A DNA stretch of 64,000 bases, taken from assembly GCA_044341045.1 (NCBI GenBank), contig JBIISK010000003.1, forward strand, positions 6,268 through 70,267, written 5' to 3'. The notes beneath the pieces are model-generated. The model was not told the DNA's origin and did no database searches. It was given only the letters and a program-made list of their open reading frames with translations. Position 1 is the first letter of the stretch; each line of letters starts with the position of its first letter. This document shows positions 47,927 through 57,732 of the stretch, piece after piece. This DNA comes from Sediminibacterium sp. (GTDB lineage: Bacteria > Bacteroidota > Bacteroidia > Chitinophagales > Chitinophagaceae). The position numbers and the translations under genes are program-made.

Positions 47927-48870
47927 AAAATTTATTATACGCACTGGCACTCACACTAATTGCAACCGCTATTGAAGCGCAAGTAAAATGGACAAATGTA
48001 GACGCCGATTTTGGCCCACTTCCAGCATCTATGCATGTATACAAAACTACAGATGCCATTGATGGTAAACTTAATATTGCCTATTATATCAGTTACGATT
48101 TAAAAGATAAATCACATACTTTATCTACCGCAGTTGGTAATGGTAAACGTTATACGCCTCAAAAATTTTACGACTCTATTTCAAATAAGCCACTGCTTGT
48201 CATGAACGCTACTTTTTTTGAATTTGCGCACAATTCAAATTTAAATTTGGTGGTAGATAATGGTGAAATCAAATCCTATCATTTACATTCACTTCCAGGT
48301 AAAGGAAAAGATACATTAACCTACAGGCATGTATATGGTGCTGCACTCGGTATTTCAAAATCCAATAAGCCAGATGTAGCATGGGTATACACCGATACTG
48401 CAGATGCCAATGTGTACGCATCGCAAACGGTTATTCCCATGTTTAAAGACTCGGTTGCGGATGTACCTGCAAGCGTTATGCTTTCTAAAGGAAATTTTAA
48501 AAAATGGAAAGTAAAAACAGCAATAGGAGGTGGTCCGGTTCTATTACAAGATGGTGCCATCAAAATTACTAACAACGAAGAATTAAAATTTGCAGGCAAA
48601 GCAATTTCAGATAAACATCCCCGAACAGCTGTTGGTTATACAGCAAACAATCAACTGATTCTGTTTGTTTGTGAAGGACGCTTTCCTGGAAGAGCAGACG
48701 GTTTAACGCTTCCTCAAATGGCAGGCCTCATGCAGCAAATTGGTTGTGTAGAAGCAATCAATTTAGATGGCGGCGGTAGTAGTTGTTTACTTGTTAATGG
48801 TAAAGAAACCATCAAGCCATCAGACAAAGAAGGGCAACGTCCAGTGCCTGCCGTATTTATGATTCGCTAA
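47923..48870 (+). CDS. Phosphodiester glycosidase (NAGPA/DUF2233) family exported protein
   Basis: Signal IEA-Q; [30 protein letters not shown]; ATGA overlap with lipA. Confidence 0.9.
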   Translation: MKNLLYALALTLIATAIEAQVKWTNVDADFGPLPASMHVYKTTDAIDGKLNIAYYISYDLKDKSHTLSTAVGNGKRYTPQKFYDSISNKPLLVMNATFFEFAHNSNLNLVVDNGEIKSYHLHSLPGKGKDTLTYRHVYGAALGISKSNKPDVAWVYTDTADANVYASQTVIPMFKDSVADVPASVMLSKGNFKKWKVKTAIGGGPVLLQDGAIKITNNEELKFAGKAISDKHPRTAVGYTANNQLILFVCEGRFPGRADGLTLPQMAGLMQQIGCVEAINLDGGGSSCLLVNGKETIKPSDKEGQRPVPAVFMIR

Positions 48871-48884
48871 TTTTTTTTAGATAC

Positions 48885-49886
48885 TTATTTAAGATCCCAG
48901 GCAAGTGCCGATGCACCTAGTATAGCAGCATCTGATTCTTTTAAGTGGCTCACTAAAATTTTCACTTTGTTTTGGAAAATTTGAATGAGGTTGGCTTCCA
49001 TGCTTTCTCTGGTAGGCTTTAATATTAAATCCCCAGCTTTTGTTAAACCGCCAAATAATATAATGGCTTCAGGACTTGAAAACATCACAAAGTTGGCAAG
49101 TGCGGCACCTAAAATAGTACCTGTAGATTCAAAAATTTGTTTCGCTACAGGATCGCCAGCAATAGCAGCTTCGTATACTTTTTTTGAATCAATTTGATCG
49201 GATGGAACTGATCTTAATGAACTAGGTTCGGTACTTTTTTCTAAAATTTCGAGTGTGGTTAAGCGAACACCTGTTGCAGAGGCATAGGATTCTAATGAAC
49301 CTCTTTTTCCTGTGCCTTCGTGTAATCTGCCATTTGGAATGATAGTGGTATGTCCTAGTTCGCCGGCAAAGCCGTCGTGACCATAAACGAGTTTACCATT
49401 GGCAACAATGCCACTTCCTACGCCAGTGCCAAGGGTTATCATGATAAAATCTTTCATACCCTGTGCAGCGCCATACATCATTTCACCAATGGCTGCCGCG
49501 TTAGCATCATTGGTTAATACCACTGGAATTTTAAATTTATCTTCCATCATGCGGGCAAGTGGTATGATGCCCTTCCAAGGAAGGTTGGGGGCGTACTCAA
49601 TGGTTCCTGTATAAAAGTTTCCATTGGGCGCGCCCACGCCGATCCCTTTAATGCGGCCTATACCGCCAACATTATCAATTAATTTACTAAGCTCTATATA
49701 GAGTTCATCAATAAACGTAATAACATCTGTGTGTTTACGTGTTGATATTTCACTAGAAAATAAAACATTTCCTACGCGGTCTACAATACCAAATTTGGTA
49801 CCCGTTCCACCAATGTCAATTCCAATTGCTAATGCCTCCATTGAGTTAATCTTATGTGCCATGTTCACTTTTTCAGATTCGTTCAA
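48885..49886 (-). CDS. ROK family sugar kinase (glucokinase-like)
   Basis: GIDIGGT, GIGVGAPNG, NDANAAAIGE, TLGTGVGSG, GELGH, AAILGA. Confidence 0.93.
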   Translation of the reverse strand: MNESEKVNMAHKINSMEALAIGIDIGGTGTKFGIVDRVGNVLFSSEISTRKHTDVITFIDELYIELSKLIDNVGGIGRIKGIGVGAPNGNFYTGTIEYAPNLPWKGIIPLARMMEDKFKIPVVLTNDANAAAIGEMMYGAAQGMKDFIMITLGTGVGSGIVANGKLVYGHDGFAGELGHTTIIPNGRLHEGTGKRGSLESYASATGVRLTTLEILEKSTEPSSLRSVPSDQIDSKKVYEAAIAGDPVAKQIFESTGTILGAALANFVMFSSPEAIILFGGLTKAGDLILKPTRESMEANLIQIFQNKVKILVSHLKESDAAILGASALAWDLK

Positions 49887-49901
49887 CTATAAAATTCTAG
49901 C

Positions 49902-51518
49902 TTAGTGACCTCCACTTACCTGTGCATCAAAATCGATGCCTTGTGTTTTTAGTACTGCTTTTTGTTTCAGTGCTAAATATGCTAAAAATAAAAATCCTGC
50001 GGCTGCCAATAAATATGATTTATGCATACCTACTGCATCCATATCTCCAATAGCACCTTGTAATGGCGGGATAATTGCTCCGCCTAAAATCATCATAATT
50101 AAAAATGCAGATCCTTGGCTGGTATATTTACCTAAACCACCAACGCTTAAAGAAAAAATACAAGGCCACATTACAGAGCAGCATAATCCGCCGGCCATAA
50201 ATGCGTACACTGAAATAATGCCATTTGTAAATACGCCAACTAACATACAAGCAGCAGCGAGTACCGATACAGCTAATAAGGTTTTAACTGGCTTTTCTTG
50301 ACCATAAAAGAATGCACCAACAGCGATGGCAATAAATACTGCGTAACCAAATAAATCAGTAACATCGTTACCATACATTTGACTCACGCCAAGCACTACT
50401 CCAAATGCAATAAATGGAACCACAATCATCATCACTGTTTTAAGGGTTCCCTTTAAATTAAATACGCTAATAGCGCCTGTCCATCTACCAATCATTAAGC
50501 TACCCCAGTAGAGTGAAATGTATTTTGAAATAGCGCTTTCATCTAAACCTTCGGCTGTTAAGTAACCTGGTATTTTTAATAAGGCACCAAAGTTATTATC
50601 AATGGTTACTTCAACGCCTACATATACGAAAATGCCAATCATACCATAAATTAATTGAGGATATTTCATAGCACCCCAACCATCGTTATTTTTGATAGCA
50701 CTGTTATTAGCGTAAAATAATACACCCACAACTGCAACTAAAGAAATAAGTAGTAAAGTTAGTTTTGATACTTCGGTAAATTGGCCTACTACAATAACAG
50801 CACCAATTAAAAGTGTCATCATTAATAAAGAAGAAGAAGCTTTGTTTGCTTTTTCAAAAGCTTCATCATTTTTGCCCTCAGGCAAATTTGAGAAGGTAAA
50901 AAATAATGCAACAGCAGCAAAAACACCTGCTACAATAAGGTATAAAATATTAATATTGGTAACCGTTACAACAGCTGCTTTACTATCAGCGGTTCCAAAT
51001 AAGAAAAAGCTTACAATGATTGGGCCAAGCGTCGTACCTAATGAGTTGATACTTCCACCTAAATTTAAGCGGTGCGAACCAGTAGATGGGTCGCCCAACG
51101 AAATAGCAAAAGGTTGTGCTGCAGTTTGTTGTAATGAAAAGCCAAGTGCTACCACAAAAAAGGAAGCTAAAATAGCAGGGAATGAATTGGCATTTGCAGA
51201 AGGTATAATAAGTAAGGCGCCTACCACCGAAATAAGTAGTCCGTAAATAATGCCTTTTTTATAACCAATTTTGTTGAGTAGGTCTTTTCCTAAAACGTTG
51301 GAAAAAATAAATAAGATAAGTGAGCCAATAAAATAAGCACCATAAAAAGCAGAACCAATTAGTTGCGACTCAAAATTATTGAGGTTGAAATGTGTTTTAC
51401 AAAAAGGAATAAAAATACTGTTAGAAGCAGCAATAAATCCCCAAAAGAAAAATACCATCACTAGGGTTGTTAATGCACCGGTGTTGGTGGGTTGTTTAGG
51501 TTGGCTCATATCAATCAT
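49902..51518 (-). CDS. FucP/GluP family MFS hexose transporter
   Basis: FFFWGFI, ESQLIGSAFYGAYF, KIGYKKGII.GL, QQTAAQP, FVYVGVEV, YWGSLMIGR, SVMWPCIF, ILGGAIIP. Confidence 0.9.
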   Translation of the reverse strand: MIDMSQPKQPTNTGALTTLVMVFFFWGFIAASNSIFIPFCKTHFNLNNFESQLIGSAFYGAYFIGSLILFIFSNVLGKDLLNKIGYKKGIIYGLLISVVGALLIIPSANANSFPAILASFFVVALGFSLQQTAAQPFAISLGDPSTGSHRLNLGGSINSLGTTLGPIIVSFFLFGTADSKAAVVTVTNINILYLIVAGVFAAVALFFTFSNLPEGKNDEAFEKANKASSSLLMMTLLIGAVIVVGQFTEVSKLTLLLISLVAVVGVLFYANNSAIKNNDGWGAMKYPQLIYGMIGIFVYVGVEVTIDNNFGALLKIPGYLTAEGLDESAISKYISLYWGSLMIGRWTGAISVFNLKGTLKTVMMIVVPFIAFGVVLGVSQMYGNDVTDLFGYAVFIAIAVGAFFYGQEKPVKTLLAVSVLAAACMLVGVFTNGIISVYAFMAGGLCCSVMWPCIFSLSVGGLGKYTSQGSAFLIMMILGGAIIPPLQGAIGDMDAVGMHKSYLLAAAGFLFLAYLALKQKAVLKTQGIDFDAQVSGGH

Positions 51519-51601
51519 TTAATTTGTTAGTAGGCTCTAAAATAATAATAAAATAGCTACCGAAAAAGTAAAACTAGAATTTGTAGGCATAGAATTAATG
51601 C

Positions 51602-51616
51602 TTACATTAGATGTAA
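51602..51616. promoter_or_regulatory. Palindromic putative operator overlapping a -7-like element of glgA
   Basis: TTACAT-TAG-ATGTAA containing TACATTAG (51603-51610); flanked by TTGTAGG (51581-51587) and CCTACAA (51618-51624). Confidence 0.45.
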
Positions 51617-51632
51617 ACCTACAATAAGCGCT

Positions 51633-53045
51633 ATGGAAGTGGTTCATATCAGTGCCGAATGTTATCCTGTGGCCAAGGCTGGCGGCCTTGGAGATGTTGT
51701 GGGAGCGCTACCAAAATACCAAAATAAGGCAGGCATTATTGCAAAAGTGGTGATGCCCATGTATCGTTCACCTTTTTTATATACATCTGATTGGATTGTG
51801 GATTACAAGGCCAAAGCCTATATGGGTGGATGGGAGTTTGAGTATACCATCATTAAAGAAGTTAATAACAAACTTGGTTTTGATCTATACCTAGTAGACA
51901 TTGCTGGTTTACTAGACCGTCATAAAATTTATGGCTACCCCGACGATGCCGAGCGGTTTACTGCTTTTCAAATTGCAGTAGTACACTGGATGTCACATTG
52001 GAATCACCGCCCTACAGCGGTGCATTGTCACGATTATCATGCGGGCCTAATTCCATTTATGATGCAGCACTGTTATGATTATCAAAATTTGAAATCAATA
52101 CCAACGGTGCTTACCATTCATAATGCACAATATCAGGGATGGATGGATTGGAATCAATCGCATCTAATTCCCAAATGGGACCTCTCAAAAAAAGGACTAC
52201 TCGATTGGGGCAATAGTATCAATCCACTCGCTGCTGCTATTAAGTGCGCCTCCAAAATAACAACGGTAAGTCCAAGTTATATGCAGGAACTCATGCACCA
52301 TGCCAATGGTCTCGAAACATTAATTGCGTCCGAAAAAAATAAATGTGTTGGTATTTTAAATGGAATAGATCATGATGTTTGGAATCCAGCAACAGATAGT
52401 TATTTAACTGCTCATTTTGGTGTTGAGACAGTAACTAGCGGAAAACAAAATAATAAAGAAATTATTTGTGATCAGTTTGAATTGGATATTGCAAAGCCGC
52501 TTTTTGTTTTTATTGGAAGGTTGGTAGGTGAAAAAGCCGCCGATGTTTTGCCTGGCGCACTACATGTAGCTGTTCAAACCTATGGTGCAAGAGCGTCGTA
52601 TTTAATTTTAGGTAGTGGCGATACTGCAGTAGAAACAGGGTTAACAAACCTAGCTATGGCAAATAGTAATTGCGTAAAAGTTAGTTTAGGGTACAACGAA
52701 TCTTTAAGTCATCAGCTCTATGCTGCCGCCGATTTTTTACTTATGCCCTCTCGGGTAGAACCTTGTGGATTAAATCAACTCTATGCCATGCGTTATGGAA
52801 CGGTTCCTATGGTGCGCAGCACCGGAGGGCTCCAAGATACGGTTATAGATATGGGCGATACAGGAGGTTATGGAATTAGATTCATGCATGCAAGCGAAAC
52901 GGATATTGTACATGCTATTGGACGTGCGATTGATGTTTTTGAAAATAAAGCACATCTATTATGGATGCGTGAGCGCATGATGCAAATTAATCATAGCTGG
53001 GAACAAACTGTGCAGTCCTATATAAATGTATACAAGTCACTATAA
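51633..53045 (+). CDS. glgA: Glycogen synthase
   Basis: AECYPVAKAGGLGDV, HCHDYHAGLIP, TIHNAQYQG, GILNGID, IGRLVGEK, PSRVEPCGLNQL. Confidence 0.96.
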   Translation: MEVVHISAECYPVAKAGGLGDVVGALPKYQNKAGIIAKVVMPMYRSPFLYTSDWIVDYKAKAYMGGWEFEYTIIKEVNNKLGFDLYLVDIAGLLDRHKIYGYPDDAERFTAFQIAVVHWMSHWNHRPTAVHCHDYHAGLIPFMMQHCYDYQNLKSIPTVLTIHNAQYQGWMDWNQSHLIPKWDLSKKGLLDWGNSINPLAAAIKCASKITTVSPSYMQELMHHANGLETLIASEKNKCVGILNGIDHDVWNPATDSYLTAHFGVETVTSGKQNNKEIICDQFELDIAKPLFVFIGRLVGEKAADVLPGALHVAVQTYGARASYLILGSGDTAVETGLTNLAMANSNCVKVSLGYNESLSHQLYAAADFLLMPSRVEPCGLNQLYAMRYGTVPMVRSTGGLQDTVIDMGDTGGYGIRFMHASETDIVHAIGRAIDVFENKAHLLWMRERMMQINHSWEQTVQSYINVYKSL

Positions 53046-53070
53046 ATATTTATGCTAAAAAAATAAGCGT

Positions 53071-54357
53071 ATGAGTACGATTTCAAAATCTGTGTTAGCC
53101 GTTATTTTAGGTGGCGGTGCTGGGTCTCGATTATTCCCTTTAACAGTGAGTAGATCCAAGCCTGCAGTGCCTATTGCAGGAAAGTACCGACTTGTTGATA
53201 TTCCTATTAGTAACTGCATTAATAGTCAGATTAATCGCATGTTTGTGTTAACGCAGTTTAATTCTGCGTCGCTTAATAAGCATATCAAAAATACCTATCA
53301 TTTTAGTGCCTTTAGTAGTGGCTTTGTAGATATTTTAGCTGCCGAGCAAACGCCTGATAATCCAGGATGGTTTCAGGGTACCGCCGACGCCGTTCGTCAA
53401 TCGCTTCGTCATATTTCTAATTTAGATTTCGATTATATTTTAATACTAAGTGGTGATCAACTCTATCAAATGGACTTTAGTGAAATGTGGCAAGCCCATA
53501 TTGCAAAAGGTGCCGACATTTCTATTGCTACCATTCCTGTTGATAGCAGAGACGCACCCGAGTTTGGAATTTTAAAAACCAACAACGATAATTTAATTTC
53601 TTCTTTTATAGAAAAGCCTGCTCCTGATTTGTTACCAAATTGGACAAGTGATACAGGCCCCGTTATGCAGGCCGCTGGTAAAAATTATTTGGCGTCGATG
53701 GGTATTTATATTTTTAGTAAAAAAGCACTTTATCATTTGCTAAATGAAGTGCATCCTAATGCCACCGATTTTGGTAAAGAAATTATGCCGCAGGCAATCG
53801 ATTCTTACAAAGTAGTAAGTTTCCAGTATGATGGCTATTGGACCGACATCGGAAATATTTATTCATTTTTTGAAGCCAATATTGGCCTCACCGATGACGT
53901 ACCCCAGTTTAATTTATTTGACAATGCTAAAACAGTGTATAGTCGTGCCCGCATGTTGCCACCTGCAAAAATTAGTGGTACCAGGCTTAATAAAAGTATC
54001 ATTGCAGAAGGGTCAATTATTTTAGCGGATGCCATCGAACAATCGGTGGTTGGTATTCGCGCCAGAATTGGAACCGCTACCACTATTACCAACGCGTATA
54101 TTATGGGTAACGATTATTACGAGACCCTCGAGCAAATACATGAAAATACAGCTGCTGGTATGCCACTAATTGGAATTGGTGAGCGCTGTGTAATAGAATC
54201 TGCCATTATTGACAAAAACTGCCGTATAGGCAACGATGTAATCATAAAAGGAGGGAAGCACCTCGCTAACACCGATCATCCTTTGTACGCAGTAAAAGAC
54301 GGCATTGTGGTGGTAAAAAAAATGGCCATTTTACCCGACGGTTTTGTGATAGAGTAG
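53071..54357 (+). CDS. glgC: Glucose-1-phosphate adenylyltransferase
   Basis: LGGGAGSRLFPLT..RSKPAVPIAGKYRL, WFQGTADAVRQ, LSGDQLY, FIEKP, ASMGIY, YWTDIG; beta-helix C-terminus. Confidence 0.98.
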   Translation: MSTISKSVLAVILGGGAGSRLFPLTVSRSKPAVPIAGKYRLVDIPISNCINSQINRMFVLTQFNSASLNKHIKNTYHFSAFSSGFVDILAAEQTPDNPGWFQGTADAVRQSLRHISNLDFDYILILSGDQLYQMDFSEMWQAHIAKGADISIATIPVDSRDAPEFGILKTNNDNLISSFIEKPAPDLLPNWTSDTGPVMQAAGKNYLASMGIYIFSKKALYHLLNEVHPNATDFGKEIMPQAIDSYKVVSFQYDGYWTDIGNIYSFFEANIGLTDDVPQFNLFDNAKTVYSRARMLPPAKISGTRLNKSIIAEGSIILADAIEQSVVGIRARIGTATTITNAYIMGNDYYETLEQIHENTAAGMPLIGIGERCVIESAIIDKNCRIGNDVIIKGGKHLANTDHPLYAVKDGIVVVKKMAILPDGFVIE

Positions 54358-54426
54358 GTATTTGGATAGGTTTTTTGCCTATTTTAGTGGATATGTATTT
54401 TTTACACATTGCTAAATACGATTGCT

Positions 54427-55809
54427 ATGTCAAATTCATCCGCTAGCCAAGCGCCCATGGCGGGCATAAAACCCAAACCTAGGTTATCATTAGGCCAAAT
54501 CTTTTTCATGAGTTTTGGTTTTTTGGGTATTCAATTTGGTTTCGCTTTACAAAATGGAAATGCTAGCCGAATACTTCGTTCATTTGGTGCCGACGTGGAT
54601 CAGCTTCCAGCGTTTTGGATTGTAGCACCGCTCATGGGGATGCTTGTACAACCACTTATTGGTCATTACAGTGATAGAACTTGGAACCGAATAGGAAGAA
54701 GAAAGCCTTATTTTTTAATAGGCGCACTACTTTCTTCTTTGGCACTTTTATTTTTACCCAATGCAGGTGCCGTAGCATCTGTTATTCCAGCACTTTGGAT
54801 TGGCGCAGGTATTGTTATGATCATGGACGCATCCTTTAATGTAGCCATGGAACCGTTTAGAGCACTTGTTGCCGATAATTTACCTGACTCCCAAAGCACG
54901 AGTGGATTTGCGGTGCAAACATTTTTAATTGGTGTTGGTGCCGTTGCGGGATCTGAACTTCCGGGATGGTTGGCAAAACTTGGGTTCTCTCAAGAAGCAG
55001 GCCCAACGGGCGTTGCAGACAATATTAAATATGCATTTTACATAGGTGCTGCTGTTTTTTTACTGGCTATTTTGGTTACGGTATTTTTTTCTAAAGAATA
55101 TGCGCCAGCCGAGTATGAATCTTATCATGGCGTACAAACAGAGGAAACAAAAAAAGCAGGTTTATCTGAAATTTTTGTTGATTTCAAAAAAATGCCACGT
55201 ACCATGAAGCAGTTAGGGCTGGTTCAATTTTTTTCGTGGTTTGCACTTTTTAGTATGTGGGTGTTTACAACCGATGCGGTAGCTACGCACGTGTATAAAT
55301 TATCTGGCGACGATGTATTGTCTGTGGCATACAATGAGGCAGGTAATAAAGTAGGGTCTGCATTTGGCACCTATAATTTAGTAGCTGCTATTTACGCGTT
55401 ATTCTTGCCGGTGGTTGCTAAATTTTTAGGCCGAAAGGGTACGCATGCATTTTCATTGTTTGCAGGAGGTGTAGGACTTGTGTCAATTTATTTTATTACA
55501 GACCCTGCTATGCTTACTTATTCGATGATTGGTGTAGGGCTAGCTTGGGCTAGTATTTTAGCCATGCCGTATGTTATTTTATCGGGTTCTATTCCTGCAG
55601 GAAAACTTGGTATTTACATGGGTATTTTTAATTTCTTTATCACACTTCCTCAAATTATTAATGGTATTTGTGGTGGCTGGATTGTAAAGCATATTTATGG
55701 AGGACAACCTATTTATGCTATTGTGTTGGCTGGTTTTTTAATGCTTTGTGCATCGGTGAGTGTCCTATTTGTGTATGATCCAGGGGCATCAAAACTGGCC
55801 AGTAAATAA
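54427..55809 (+). CDS. MFS transporter, SLC45/sucrose-maltose carrier-like; start refined to 54427
   Basis: MSFGFLGIQFGFALQ, GMLVQPLIGHYSD.TW.RIGRRKPY, DASFNVAMEPFRAL, YMGIFNFFITLPQI. Confidence 0.92.
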   Translation: MSNSSASQAPMAGIKPKPRLSLGQIFFMSFGFLGIQFGFALQNGNASRILRSFGADVDQLPAFWIVAPLMGMLVQPLIGHYSDRTWNRIGRRKPYFLIGALLSSLALLFLPNAGAVASVIPALWIGAGIVMIMDASFNVAMEPFRALVADNLPDSQSTSGFAVQTFLIGVGAVAGSELPGWLAKLGFSQEAGPTGVADNIKYAFYIGAAVFLLAILVTVFFSKEYAPAEYESYHGVQTEETKKAGLSEIFVDFKKMPRTMKQLGLVQFFSWFALFSMWVFTTDAVATHVYKLSGDDVLSVAYNEAGNKVGSAFGTYNLVAAIYALFLPVVAKFLGRKGTHAFSLFAGGVGLVSIYFITDPAMLTYSMIGVGLAWASILAMPYVILSGSIPAGKLGIYMGIFNFFITLPQIINGICGGWIVKHIYGGQPIYAIVLAGFLMLCASVSVLFVYDPGASKLASK

Positions 55810-55835
55810 TTAATTGAATTTTGAAAATAATAAAC

Positions 55836-57704
55836 ATGAAAAAAACAATTTCTTTTTTATTCCTTGTTTGCAGTGTAAGTTTTGCAGTTGCTCAAGCCGT
55901 AACGATGTATCCTACCAACTGGTTTGTTGGCATGAAACTAAATAAAGTGCAGGTGCTTTTAAGAAGCGATGATCCTAATTTTTCAAAAGCCACATTTGCT
56001 GTAAAATATCCGGGTGTAACGCTTACAAAAACGCATACTTTTTCAAATGGAAAATATGTTGCACTCGATATGACTATTACGCCAACGGCAAAAGCAGGCA
56101 CTGTCAAAATAAGTGCTACAAGTGCAGATAAAGTAACCGTATATGATTGGGCATTATTCAATAGACGCGAAGGTAATGGCACCAAATTTGCACAAGGTGT
56201 GCGTAGTGAAGACGCTGTTTATTTGTTAATGCCAGACCGTTTTAGCAATGCAGATAAAACCAACGATGCATTTAAAGATATGCGTGATAGTGTTGCTAAT
56301 GCTAGTGATATTTTATTACGTCATGGAGGTGATTTAAAGGGGGTAGAAAATCACTTAAATTATATTAAAGAATTAGGAATGACATCTATTTGGATGTGCC
56401 CATTGATAGAAAATGACATGCCGCAAAGTAAAGAGGCGGCTGGTTGGATGAGTGGTTACCATGGATACTGGTTTACGGATCATTACAAAATTGACAAACG
56501 CTTTGGTGGTAATGAGGCCTACAAATCTTTATCAGCCGCCATGCATAAAAATGGGTTAAAATTAATTCAGGACGCCGTATACAATCATGTGGGCGATTTC
56601 CATTGGATGCATCATGACGCTCCAGATAAAAACTGGATTAATCAGTGGGATACATATACAGGTAGCACGCATAGAGAAGAAGCTGTATATTCAAATAATG
56701 GAAGTGCTATTGATAAAAAAAAAATGTTGGATGGATGGTTTGTGCCACATTTGCCAGATGTAAACCAGCGCAATCCATACGTGGCTAATTATTTAATTCA
56801 GCATGCCATTTGGACGACCGAAACTTTTGGCGTAGATGGTTGGAGAGTTGATACCTATAAATATTGTGATGAGGCGTTTATGAACCGCGTAAACGATGCG
56901 CTAATGCTAGAATATCCAAGGCTTACTATTTTTGGTGAAACGGTTTCTAGGTCTGTAACAGGTACTGCTTATTTTACGCGCAATAACATGGATATACATT
57001 TCAAACACAATGTAGAGGGCGTAACAGATTTTCCAGTGTATTTTAGTTTGCTTGACGCCGTTAATCAACCATTTAGTTGGGATAATGGGTTGTCTAAATT
57101 ATATGTAACCTTATCGCAAGACGTTTTATATAAAAACCCTTTTAATAATAGTATTTTCTTAGACAATCATGATAACAATCGTTTTTTCTCTATGGTTGGA
57201 GAAGATTATAATAAATTTAAAATGGGTATCGGCATGCTGTATACTACACGTGGCATTCCGCAGCTTTATTATGGCACAGAAATTTTGATGAAAAATTTCA
57301 TGAACCCAAGTGATGCTATGGTGCGTTTAAATTTTCCGGGTGGATTTCCGGGCGATGCGGTTAATAAATTTGAAGCTGCTGGAAGAAACGCAAAAGAAAA
57401 CGAAGCTTTTAATTTTGTAAAAACAGTGGCTAATTTTAGAAAAGGATCTCCTGCACTCACAAAGGGCAGTACTACTATGTTTGTTCCTAAAGATGGCTAT
57501 TTTGTTTATTTCAGAAAAGCAGACAACCAAACTATTATGTGTGTGGTGAATAGTAATGATAAAGCACAAGACGTAAAATTTTCTGATTACGCCGAATTAA
57601 CAAATGGTTTTAAGGGCGGAAAAGAAGTGGTAACAGGTTATCAGGTAGGTGCTCAATTTTCTATTCCGGCAAAGCAAATATGGATTATTGAATTAAGTAA
57701 ATAA
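55836..57704 (+). CDS. GH13 cyclomaltodextrinase/neopullulanase (SusA-like), exported; start refined to 55836
   Basis: Signal peptide; PTNWFVGM N-domain; YLLMPDRFSN, HGGDLKG, YHGY, DAVYNH; catalytic DGWRVDTY, FGET, FLDNHD. Confidence 0.93.
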   Translation: MKKTISFLFLVCSVSFAVAQAVTMYPTNWFVGMKLNKVQVLLRSDDPNFSKATFAVKYPGVTLTKTHTFSNGKYVALDMTITPTAKAGTVKISATSADKVTVYDWALFNRREGNGTKFAQGVRSEDAVYLLMPDRFSNADKTNDAFKDMRDSVANASDILLRHGGDLKGVENHLNYIKELGMTSIWMCPLIENDMPQSKEAAGWMSGYHGYWFTDHYKIDKRFGGNEAYKSLSAAMHKNGLKLIQDAVYNHVGDFHWMHHDAPDKNWINQWDTYTGSTHREEAVYSNNGSAIDKKKMLDGWFVPHLPDVNQRNPYVANYLIQHAIWTTETFGVDGWRVDTYKYCDEAFMNRVNDALMLEYPRLTIFGETVSRSVTGTAYFTRNNMDIHFKHNVEGVTDFPVYFSLLDAVNQPFSWDNGLSKLYVTLSQDVLYKNPFNNSIFLDNHDNNRFFSMVGEDYNKFKMGIGMLYTTRGIPQLYYGTEILMKNFMNPSDAMVRLNFPGGFPGDAVNKFEAAGRNAKENEAFNFVKTVANFRKGSPALTKGSTTMFVPKDGYFVYFRKADNQTIMCVVNSNDKAQDVKFSDYAELTNGFKGGKEVVTGYQVGAQFSIPAKQIWIIELSK

Positions 57705-57732
57705 AGGTTGTACCTTACACCAAACAACAACA

